Assembly (NCBI GenBank): GCA_949358305.1 | Contig: OX442314.1 | Span: forward strand, 2,790,001-2,854,000 | Direction: 5' to 3' | DNA length: 64,000 bases | Origin: Strigamia acuminata | Lineage: Eukaryota | In this document: one piece after another, positions 34,947 to 45,565 of the stretch | How the letters are laid out: every line of letters starts with the position of its first letter | How positions within the stretch are numbered: the first letter of the stretch is position 1 | Program-made: the position numbers and the translations under genes | The notes under the pieces: generated by a model | What the model saw: only the letters and a program-made list of their open reading frames with translations | What the model was told of the DNA's origin: nothing | Database searches by the model: none

Positions 34947-37900
34947 ATGAGAAGAAAAGAAGCTATTTTCATGTTTATTTTGTGTCTAGTAAGCTGTGTA
35001 GGCTTTACAACTACATTTACTACGGTAGATTTGTACCGTAAATGTCCCAAAATTGCTCTTTTAATTTCCCGACAAGACAACGGTGAATGTTTTTATTTGC
35101 TTTTGTTTGCTTTTCCAATTAATTTTTTAAAATTTACTTGTAGATACATTTTCGACAAATATTACAAATGCGAATACGGTATGAATAAATGGCGAATTTA
35201 TTGATATGTTTTTAAAAATTCATTTTGCTTGGGAAATTGACGATAATGATATCAGAAATTTTTGCAGTAATACATTTTTTTTCAGGTAAATTTTAAACAT
35301 CTAGGCTTTAGATGGATTATAACTAAAGAAAATATTTTTCAATTGAGTTGTTCTAATCAGTTCGTAAGTAATAGAGGGCTGGGTGACTCGTTATTAATAC
35401 CATAAAACATTATAACAACTTGTACTTTTCATGAACTAAATTTATTTAATGAAAAGTACAAATCTTTAAAGATTCCATCAGAAAACAACGCATCACTCAT
35501 GAATAATTTAAATAGACCGATAAAAGTAACAGGTATTATGGTACGCAATTCAATTTAAATTCTAAACTATCTGAGTTACTTACTTGATTAATATTCGCAG
35601 TTTCCACCGTTCGTTTCTTTGAGAGAGGAAAACAATACGGTAATAATGGAAGATTATTACGGACATCTTTTCACCATTTTCCAAAAGGAATTTAATATCA
35701 CGTAATGCTAGTGTTAGTGTGAATTTATATATTAGTACGTAATTTTAAAATGTGAATCTTATAGCTTTCAGATGCTGAAACCTAAAGATGGGAAATTTGG
35801 TTTGCTTCAAAATGGAAAGTGGAATGGGATGATGGGTGATATCGTGCAGGGAGTAAGTAAATAGCTAAAAACATACACTGTTAAAACTCATTTGTTGCAC
35901 ATCCAAGAATGTTTGACTTTCCTAAAGGCCTTGACTTGTGACTCGCTGTCCCCACAGGCTGATCACTCGCCTGCAACACAAGACACTTGGTGCAGATCTC
36001 GCGCCTCTCGTGTTTCTCGCGCACCTGTTGCGGGCCGTCGCAACCAGTTGGAGCTGCGGTCCTTTGGTATTGACCAATCGGAAGTGACCGGAAGTGACCT
36101 TTCTGGAATTGGTGGGCCCTGCAGAAGCTCAAAGAGTTGTTCCTTCAGCAAGTATGGTGAACTGTCTCATTCCGACCGTCTCTCCAACTCTGACTGCAAT
36201 GGCGACCCAAACAATCGGCGTGGCGACTCTTTGGCCCACCGGGACCTGAGCGTCCAAGTAAGTCAAGTTCATTGTTCGTTCTTTAAGAACGTAACGACGA
36301 CGCGACCGAACTGCATTCCGACCACATGTGTCATACAATCCAAAGATTGCTGTGACACGGTGTTGTGCAGCTACCGCACTGGGTAATACACCTGGAGACA
36401 CCATTCATACCCCTAGACAACAATAAAGCTATTCTAAATAACTTGTGACCGTCAGGCCATCCAGGGTGGCCCACGACACTACCACAAACAACCTTACGGC
36501 CCTAAGGTCACCCCCTCATTGGGTGAAGTGATCTAGCCTGGGGAAGGAGGGAGCAGAGTGGTGTGGGGAGGAGATGCAGAGAGAGAGAGAGAGTACGGAC
36601 ACCGACCAGGACGGTCGTGTGTAGAGAGTCGGAGGAGTTACAACCATCAAGGGGACAAGACCTGTCCTGGCTGTGTGGACTCTGCACTCCTTCCCATTCA
36701 CCACAGAGACGCTCGGTGTCATGATGCAGCCTCCATGAGTGGCTACTGCGAGTCATAGGTGAGTACGACATGAATGCAATGTTGAACCGACCACGTCACC
36801 CATTGGGTACTCACCCGGTGTGTGACGGGTCGGTTGCCGGTGCGGTGTGCCTTCGTGGCACCCCTGCAACGGGTAACAGGATTCCCCATACCCCTAGACA
36901 ACATAATAAAGGCCAACCAACCAATATTAAGGAGTCTCCGTTATTTTACGTGAATATGCGTCCCACACCCAAGTAATTAGTCCCCTAATTGCCCTGGCGA
37001 AGACCATATCAGTCACAAACTAAACCTGTGTCTGTGTATTTCGTGGCATATTCATCCTGTGTGTTGTGTCCAGCATCCCATGGCCCTCCCCTGTAGACAC
37101 GTGCGTCGAGCCCAATTTTTCGGCGGCGGCTGGATTCAGCTGGGCGCCACCAGATGGCGGCGGCTCGAATCCGGCTCGTTCGCAGGAACCGGCGGCTGGC
37201 GGCTCAACCGATGCAGTACAGTATCGGCGGCGGCTGGCGGCTAGCCGCCCAGCCGCCAAGCCGAGTCGGCTAAGTCGACTCGGCGCACATGGAAAAAGCC
37301 AATAAAACGCCCAAAAAAAATTTTTAAAAAAAATAAAAATTGAAATGAAATGAAATAAAAAGAATGAAAATTCGTGTTGAGATTTGAGAAGTATCGGATT
37401 CGGTATCGGTAAACATGATCAGAGAAGAAGGTTGGATAAAGATAAATTATTCTTTGTTGTTTTTTGATTTATATAGGGGAAATCTAGAATACAAAACGTA
37501 GCAAAAACGTTTTGTAATGATCCAATGGCTGGGCAGTACAGATTCTGCACTGCACAGCCATTGGTTCATTATGTTTACGTGATTACGTCCAAAACCAAAA
37601 CGTGAACGTGATCGCAATCGCATTGACGCATTTCAGCCGTTCGACGCCGGAAAATCAGCGGCGGCGGCGGCTTGTAAATTTTCGCCACACGGCGGCGGCG
37701 GCTGGGGTCCAGCCGACCAGCCGCCGAGCCGAGTCGGCTAAGCCGACCCGGCGCACATGCCTACTCCCCTGACAACGTGGCGTCCGTCCGAATACTCACA
37801 TACTGTTAGTTATTAAGTGTAGACTAAGTGGTATCCCGACTTTTCATACCGCGCCGCATTTGACTTGTTGGCAGAGACAATGCCAGATGTGGACCATTTG

Positions 37901-39579
37901 ACCGATCTGACAACTTATTTCGAACACACGTACATTAGAGGATGCAGGCGAAGACAAAGCGGTCACTATCGCCATGTAAAATTACACTTTTTTTTGCTTC
38001 CAATTGCCGCGCGATTAATTGGCACGCGATTAAAGGTCGTGCGATGAAGTGTCCACGCAATTAAAAGTCGTCGCGATGAAGTGTTCGTGCAATGAAAGGG
38101 TTCGCGATGAAGTGTCCGCGATTAACTGTCGCGCGATGAAGCGGCGCGTTATGAAAAGTCACCAAACCGACTAAGTAAATGTTGATTTAAAATCTTTTCA
38201 GACTGCAGATATTGCTGCTTGTTTGACTATTACACGCAGTAGAAGAGATTATGTTGACTTCTCGCCTTCATTGTTTGCGGTACAGTTTGGAATTCTCTAT
38301 CGAAAACTTGATGATCATGAATGGAGTGTAACTTTCTTTCTGAAAGCGTTCAGCAAGAACCTGTGGCTGAGTATATTTGCTGTCAATTTGATTGTGATTG
38401 CAGTTATTTTAATAGAAAGTTCATTTTCAATTTGTGATGTAAGTTTGTTAAATCAGATACTGGTTTGTTGGCCAATTGTCTTAGTAGGTATACTGCAAGA
38501 AATCATTGTGGAGACATTGTTAATTGAATGCAATATTAATGCTTGCAGGCTATGTTGCAGTACCAGCAATGCGTTCTACCAAGTTTTGTCTTCTGATTTA
38601 TCTCGTTTTCTCAATGATTCTGTTATCCATTTACTCTTCATCGTTAACTGCTTTGTTCGCAACTAGAAAAAGCAAAATTCCATTTCACTCAATTGAAGAC
38701 ATGGTTCATAATACGGATTACTTACCTGTCATTTTATCCGGTTCAAGCGTTGAAGAAACCTTTAAGGTGTATGGTTACACATAAATGTAGATCAATAATT
38801 AAACATTATATTATTGTCGTATTTAACAGAGGTCATTTAGAGGTAACGCATTTAAAAAAGTCAGCAGTTTGAACCAAGGGATTGACATAGCATACGGACA
38901 AAAAACTGGTCTAATCGTTGCGACAGATGTTGTAGCAATATTTATCGATGGAAATTGCAGTTTTTCTTTTGCCTCTAAACCGTTGTATAGTGAGAACGGG
39001 GCGCTGACTTATTCCAAACAATTTGCTCATAAGAAGTTTTTCAAGAACAAGTAATTTACCATATTATAATTTTTGTGGGGAACCCTTAGCATAAATTCAA
39101 CCCCTTTAAATAAAGGCCTGATTTAAGTTTAAAACTGTTATTTCTCATTAAAATTACCACAAGTTATTAAAGCAATAATAAGGATTGTTATGTGTAGCAA
39201 GCCAGCAGTAATTCTGCTCACCAATGAGAATTAGTGAATTAATGTGGGTAGATAGTTTAGTACAGTGGTGGATAATGTGATTCTTGCCACATGACTAAGA
39301 ATCCTTTGTCATGTAGGAGCCATTGTAAATTAATTTTTTTTTTCTTATATTTTTTTGGAATATTTGCTTAGAATCATACAATTCAAGGAGCGTGGAATAC
39401 TAAACATCTTGCACGATCGCTACATTTCTGTCTGGAGAGAATGTGGTGGAGATAAAGTGTACAAAATTTCTTTTGGTCAAATATTGGGACCGGCTGTTGT
39501 GTTTGCATCTGGAGTTTTGTTGTCTCTGGTAGTTGGGCTGCTGGAGAGAATTGTAGTTTTTAAAAATAAAAATAATTGA
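34947..39579 (+). CDS. Divergent ionotropic receptor (IR/iGluR family). Proposed exons: 34947-35082, 35144-35178, 35286-35363, 35472-35540, 35601-35701, 35765-35852, 38202-38487, 38549-38766, 38830-39050, 39372-39579
   Basis: S1 motifs DGKFG...WNGMMGDIVQG-TADIA...TITRSRRDYVDFS, M1 PF-like AFSKNLW, M3 IYSSSLTALFA, S2/M4 ERGIL...GPAVVFASG. N-terminal hydrophobic signal. Exon phases are consistent. Confidence 0.88.
37094..37763. mobile_element. hAT-type MITE in the IR intron
   Basis: Imperfect TIRs TAGACACGTGCGTCG / CGGCGCACATGCCTA, exact 8-bp TSD CTCCCCTG (37086-37093, 37764-37771), and GGCGGC subterminal repeats. Confidence 0.85.
37845..38170 (+). mobile_element. Possible Mutator (MULE) remnant
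   Basis: AFDLLAETMP...LTTYFEHTYIRG resembles the C-terminal region of MULE transposases. It is followed by CGCGATGAAGTGTC-type subterminal repeats. Confidence 0.45.
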
Positions 39580-39639
39580 AAGTTTTATTTTTTATTTTAT
39601 TTTTATCTTTTTGTTGTGACCGATTCTCTGCGCCTTCAA

Positions 39640-40261
39640 CACAGTGCTCGCATAGCCAGTCATCTATAATCTCTTTAATCAATCCAACATGGAAAAACCA
39701 TCCCAATAGTAAAATGGCTTGGGGATGGTTTCCTGTATGGATATCGGTCTACAACATTAAATTAAGGGTATCATGGACAAATATACTTATAAAAACGTAT
39801 TGGAGGACTGTTATGCTTCCATTTGCAGATGATAAACTGCCTTTGACATGGATATTTCAGCAGAAAAATGATTCTAAGCATAAAGTCAAGGCAATTGCTC
39901 AGTGGTTCACAATGGCATTGCTTGTGGTTTGGATGTTTTAATGAAGTGTATGAGTGACTACACATGTGTTTATGGATAAATTTTAATATTTGCCGCATAT
40001 TTTATAATGGGAATGACTAATTGTTTGTGGATAATGGGTATGTTAACTTACTTTTGCCTCTTAATTTTTGATGTCCCTTCACAAAAAAATTTTTTTCTCA
40101 GAAACTAACGGATAGATTTTGATAAAATTTTAGTTGAATACAGTAGGATGTTGTACAAGTATCCAGTTAAAATTTCATCAAGTTTCCTTTCTTTTTTCCC
40201 GAGATACAGCCGTTAGAATCAACACGATGCGTTTGTTAACTTACTTTTGCCCCCCACTGTA
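39640..40261 (+). mobile_element. Tc1/mariner remnant (frameshifted transposase fragment and right end)
   Basis: MLPFA...WIFQQKNDSKH resembles the Tc1 motif FQQDNDPKH. The segment ends in ACTTTTGCCCCCCACTG followed by TA. Confidence 0.7.
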
Positions 40262-40788
40262 TGTAAAACAACACGAACCTCTTCTAATTTGCTTTTCGGC
40301 ACGCTGCAGATGCAATTCTTACCACAATTAGTATCCCGGGTTTGAATGCACTCCATTGCGATTAAATTTATATCCACAATGGCTTCCTAGATGCGGTAGT
40401 CATACAGTTCTATTTCAGAAGTAAAAAAAATGAATTATTGAATATATGTTGCATTATTCTTTGATTTATTAATATTTTTTGAAGTTTTAAATTTTTTATA
40501 CCTCGACTGATCGCTTTTTTCCGGTAGAATAAGTCGTAAATATAATTTGATCGTTGATAATCAATTTGTAAAATGGACCACAACGTTGCGATACGTCTCA
40601 TGCCTTCGTGCATCGCATCTGTTTGCGCTGTGGGGAAATGAAAACATGTTTAATAAAATGTTAATTCGTGATTTTATTTATTAATTTTTTTTACCTTCGC
40701 GCATTTTCTCTTCAAATTCGTCCAACGTCAGTTCGATCAATTCCCATCCATCGGGCGGTGTAGTTTTACTGCGATGAATCTTCGCCAT
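40262..40788 (-). pseudogene. BUD31: BUD31/G10 pseudogene (exons 40788-40695, 40627-40502, 40409-~40262)
   Basis: [31 protein letters not shown]...YDLFYRKKAISRELYDY...CIQTRDTN...[10 protein letters not shown]. In-frame TAG at 40389-40387, the KWKKQGYENLCC segment is lost, and the C-terminus is cut by the Tc1 end. Confidence 0.88.
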
Positions 40789-41124
40789 TGTCTTTTCCAC
40801 GATGTTGCTCAGCAAAGTTTTTTTCTTATTCATCTTTCTTATTTGCGTTTTTTGCAATTCCGACTCCGATTAAATTCTTCTCTATGTTTGTTTTCTCGCG
40901 TCTCAAATCGCTTCTCCCTACGTGGCTCGAATTGTTCGTTTTCTCGTGGCCCAAATCGTATCTTCTTCTGTGGCCCAAATCGTTTCTCTTCTCGTGGTTC
41001 AGGTTGGGTTTCTGCTCGCGGTTTGGATCGAATTTCCTGTTTACTGACGCCCGATGCAGATCCAGTTGCATCATCGCTCGTCGTTTCTTTATTTCGCAGT
41101 CGTCTCGTTTTTTTTCCTTTTTCT

Positions 41125-41575
41125 CGGCCGACTTCTCCCCCATCTGATTCGACGCCAAATTGAGCTTCTGCAGCCCCTTATTCACGGCCATGGCGCGCAA
41201 CAAAGCCGTGCAACTTTTCTCCTGCAGCGTATTCAGCCGCAGTCCGAGTTCCTTCAACGAGTTTTTCTTTGTGAGCACAAACGCGATCGCCTCGGCGCCG
41301 ATCGATCGGCCCGATCTGATTGTTCGTGAGGTTCAATCGGGCGAGCTACGGGCGAGCTTCGGGGACGACGAGAGTAATTTGGCGATGCAAAAGGCGCCCT
41401 TGTCGCCGATCAAGTTGTGCGGCAGCAGCAACGACTCGAGCGCCGGCAAATGCATCAACCCCTGGATGAGTAAATTGATCTTGATGCAGTCCAGCTCGCT
41501 TTTGTGCAGCTCAAACACGCGCAGATTGTAGCACGGCATGGTGGCGGCGCTCAGCGACTTGACCTCGTTGAAGAA
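41125..41575 (-). pseudogene. Disrupted TCTE1/DRC5-like leucine-rich-repeat fragment
   Basis: LRVFELHKS...LPALESLLLPHNLIGDKGA...LNLTNNQIG..GAEAIAFVL...LGLRLN...LNLASNQMGE follows the TCTE1 LRR pattern. An 11-bp and a 4-bp micro-duplication create a frameshift and a stop. Confidence 0.7.
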
Positions 41576-41890
41576 ATACAAGAAAAAGTTGAAGAAATTC
41601 AAGAAAATAAAGTTGAAGAAATTCAGGAAAAAGTTGAAGAAATTCAGGAAAAAGTTGAAGAAATTCAAGAAAAAGTCGAAGAAATTTAGGAAAAAGTCGA
41701 AGAAATTCAAGAAAATAAAATTGAAGAAATTCAGGAAAAAGTTGAAGAAATTCAAGAAAAAGTTGAAGAAATTCAGGAAAAAGTCGAAGAAATTCAAGAA
41801 AATAAAGTTGAAGAAATTCAGGAAAAAGTTGAAGAAATTCAAGAAAAAGTCGAAGAAATTCAGGAAAAAGTCGAAGAAATTCAAGAAAAT
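41566..41890. repeat. ~21-bp minisatellite (AAGTTGAAGAAATTCAGGAAA)
   Basis: Directly visible tandem units. Confidence 0.95.
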
Positions 41891-44800
41891 CAATTCGGTA
41901 ATCGAGTTTTTATAATCAGTTTTTCACAAATTGAAATTGAACGCATTAGATTGGCAACCATTTTGTGCGAGATAAAACTTACCAGGAGTTCTACTCCAAA
42001 ATACAAAAGAAATCTTTTTCTACTACTACTCTCTCTCGCGCCGTGGAAGCCTGGAAAAATATGGCCGAAAATTGAATGCACATTAGATCACCATGACGTA
42101 ATGTTTATGATGCTGGGTTTTTCACGTGACAACTGCTATTTGACTTGATAAAAAATGAGGGCGCCGCCGAACCGTAGTGAAATAGGGTTAAGTGTAATGA
42201 ATAAACGAGCAAGATTGCTGGGGAAAGGTTACTTTTTAATGGACAACAAAATTTGAAAAATGTTGAATTACATTTTCAATTTACGGTATTTTTTTGCACT
42301 GTTGCGATTTATTTATACTGCGATTGGAAGCCTACGCAGCATGGTTTATTACCGCCGTTTGCATATTGGCAGAACATACCGGATTTCGGCTACAACAATG
42401 CACCACTAATGAGTAATGATTCAATAACTTGAAAATCACAATTCTGCTTTAAAATTTTGAATTTATCATCTGTTTGCTTGCTAGTTTGATTTATTTTGAT
42501 GTGTTTTTCTTTGTGTGACTCAGTTAGGTTAGGTTAGGTTAGGTCAGTTCAGGTTAGGTTGGATATTGATTTTTTGCCGAAATCGGTTGATTTAGGCCAA
42601 AATCGTCTTCATCTTCAGCATTGGCCACACTTTAACGAAAATGATTACTGAATTACATTTTCAATTTACAGTATTGGATGTACATTTTACCCTTTATATA
42701 TCTTTCTGCACTTTGGCGTTCGAGTTTTAGTCTCGCATTTGGAGCCGCTGCAGCATGTGAGACCCGCACATAGACCTCCCAGATCGACACAGGAGGGGGC
42801 TTCACCTTCATCATCAGCATTGGTCACACTTTAAAGAAAATGATTACTGAGTTTTGTCCAATGTCTAGAAATGCTAATACTTACAGTATCACGACTGACA
42901 CAGCGAGGAATAAAAACAGCAAAGTCAAAACAGTTGCTTTCATTTTCAGAGCAGGATGTTGATGGTAAATTGAGAGATTTCAATTTTCTTTGGTATTAAC
43001 TGTCAAATTGCATGAGCTTATATATACAATTTGAGTCCAGTTTACGACTACAGCACCTGCTAAGTATATTTTTACTCTATTTGATCATTTACAATGAACG
43101 CTAATTAGGTAAAGCGTATTAGGCAATTAAATGTGGGAAAAAATTTATAAGTAATGTAAATATAAAATATTTTATATATACTATTTTATATATAATATAT
43201 ATAAATTTATTTAAAATTAAGCAAAAATAGTGAAAATTAAAGAAAAATTATTGAAAATCAGAAATAGTTAGAAAATTAGCTAACAACGAAATAAAACGGT
43301 AATATAAAAGTGATTTAATGTCATTAAAATCACTTTATTATCGATTTGAAAGTGCGAATAGAGATAGATGTTTTTTTTTTATAAATAAAATAGTGACAAT
43401 TTGATCGAGAAAATAGTGAAAATCTGCATGTTGTGGTGTAACAAAATTTCTTTGTTTACCCACTACTTTTGAGTCAATTATTTTTGTAGGGTCGATTTTG
43501 ACCTCCAAAACTTTTTATTTTTTTTCCTCGAAAACAATTACAAACGGGATTTTCTTTTTGAAATTTCATGCATTTTCTAAATAAGCTTATATAAAAAAAT
43601 AACGGATTTAAAAATTAAATTTTTTTTTTTTTTTACAAAATTTGTTTGTTTTTCCACTACTTTTGAATTCAATCTCCATGATTTATGATGATTCAAAAAT
43701 GATTTTTTTATGTGATATTGACATATTTTCTTTTTTCGAAACCAAAAATTTTGAAAATTGTATAAAAAATTTCTTTTTTCTTTTAGCTCGTCAAAAAATG
43801 ATAAAAGGTAAACAAATGATCGTTTGGTATACGCGTGAAAAATAGAACAGAACTTTATATTTGTGGTGATCTCAATGCATTTCACCAACTTAGAAGATAA
43901 AATTAATTGTCTTCTAATTAATTTGACTGTGGCACACGCCAAGTCAGATCATGTGACCGAGGGGAGAAATCCTCTCTAGGCACATATCACCCCAGGTTGT
44001 CCGGGGTGAAAACGGTTATTAACCGTTATGGTGCAATATGGTGCAATAACCACTAGTTGCACCGATTTGAGCTAATTGCGCAGGTTTTCTGCGCAATATT
44101 GGAGCGTGCCGGGCTCGCGCCTTCGCTTCAATCGGGACTCTAATCTCAACATCACAACCCACAACATCACTGCTTGTTCTCCAAAGAAAAGTATTGACAG
44201 TGGACCGTGACCCGATTAGTTTCACCAGCTTGCTTTGTAACAACTTACAAAGCCAGCAATCCTGCTTGAATTAGCCGCAGCTAATTCCAGCAATCGAATC
44301 GAGAAGTTTCCCGACGATCATGAACCATCGCCGTCGCTGTTGCGCGAACGACAGCCACCGCCATCGAACGAGAGCCGGACGCCTGCAGCCGTCAACCACC
44401 GCCGCCGAGCCGTCGCACGAGCCGCAGAAGAAACCCACGAGAACCATCGTCTTCGACCATCGTTCGTGAGTTTGCTAACGAAGACATTCGCCTTCGCCCA
44501 ACAACATTGAGTTGTTTAAGCGCCATTTTGACGCTTTGTAGCTTGCAACAGTCGTTGCAAGCCCTTCCTTTGTTTCACACTCATTATTACGCGACTCGTC
44601 GCATATTTTAAACTAGTCATTGTAATTAAACCGAATAAATATATATTTGTAATTTCTTTTCCTTAAACTTAACCCTAGATAATTTAAGGCCGCCGATTGT
44701 AAGTCTTTTATAGCATTCACTTGCGGTTTCAGGCTTATTTATTAGTAATAAGTTTGATATTAACCCGGATCGCAGCATATTATGTATTTTTATACGTAAT

Positions 44801-44979
44801 TATCAAATCAGTCAAAAATTTGATATCTATACCAATTTCGTTGATTTTAAGGGATTGTCCTTTGCTCCATTGCCTTGCTTCAAAATTAGGGAAACAACAA
44901 AATTCTGTTTATGACGTCATTTAAGATCTATCCACCAATGACAGTGTTTGGAATGACATCAGTATGATGTCACACAGAA

Positions 44980-45386
44980 ATATAAAATTTTATAAAAAAT
45001 TATATAAAATTTTAAGAAAAATTGTATAAAATTTTAAGAAAAATTATATAAAATTTTATGAAAAATTATATAAAATTTTATGAAAAATTATATAAAATTT
45101 TATGAAGAATCATATAAAATTTTATGAAAAATTATATACAGTTTTATGAGAAATCATATAAAATTTTATAAAAAATTATATAAAATTTTATGAAAAATCA
45201 TATAAAATTTTATGAAAAATCATATAAAATTTTATAAAAAATTATATAAAATTTTATGAAAAATTATATAAAATTTTATAAAAAATCATATAAAATTTTA
45301 TGAAAAATTATATAAAATTTTATGAAAAATTATATAAAATTTTATGAAAAATTTTCTAAAATTTTATGAAAAATTATATAAATTTT
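44980..45386. repeat. AT-rich ~22-bp minisatellite (TATAAAATTTTATGAAAAATTA)
   Basis: Directly visible tandem units with the palindromic core ATAAAATTTTAT. Confidence 0.95.
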
Positions 45387-45565
45387 ATTTTATTTTAGTT
45401 TGTGTGTTTGTTTCAACTTCCGGTTTGTGTAATGTCCAACATAAATAAATTACAAAATGAATCATAAGATTGGAAAGTAGACTTTTCTGGTGCAGTTTTT
45501 GGTCTACTTTCCAATGAACATGATAAAATTAAAATTAAATGCGTTTAAAAGGGCGAAAATGCTGC

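Noticed and set aside
35854..38180. 9-bp direct repeat TAAGTAAAT as a Mutator TSD around the whole IR intron insert
   Set aside because: There are no matching TIRs inside it, and removal would leave an implausible 31-bp intron.
41504..41915. Lys-rich, Glu-rich and Phe-rich repeat ORFs that look like coiled-coil or antimicrobial peptides
   Set aside because: They are artefacts of a 21-bp minisatellite that is open in several frames.
42523..42562. (TTAGG)n as a telomere or fusion scar
   Set aside because: Only ~4-5 units. Similar short tracts occur at 16587, 33231 and 60878 inside ordinary repeats.
43928..44777. Possible solo LTR (GC-richer block with AATAAA and candidate TG...CA ends)
   Set aside because: No TSD, PBS or partner LTR could be identified, so it is left uncalled.
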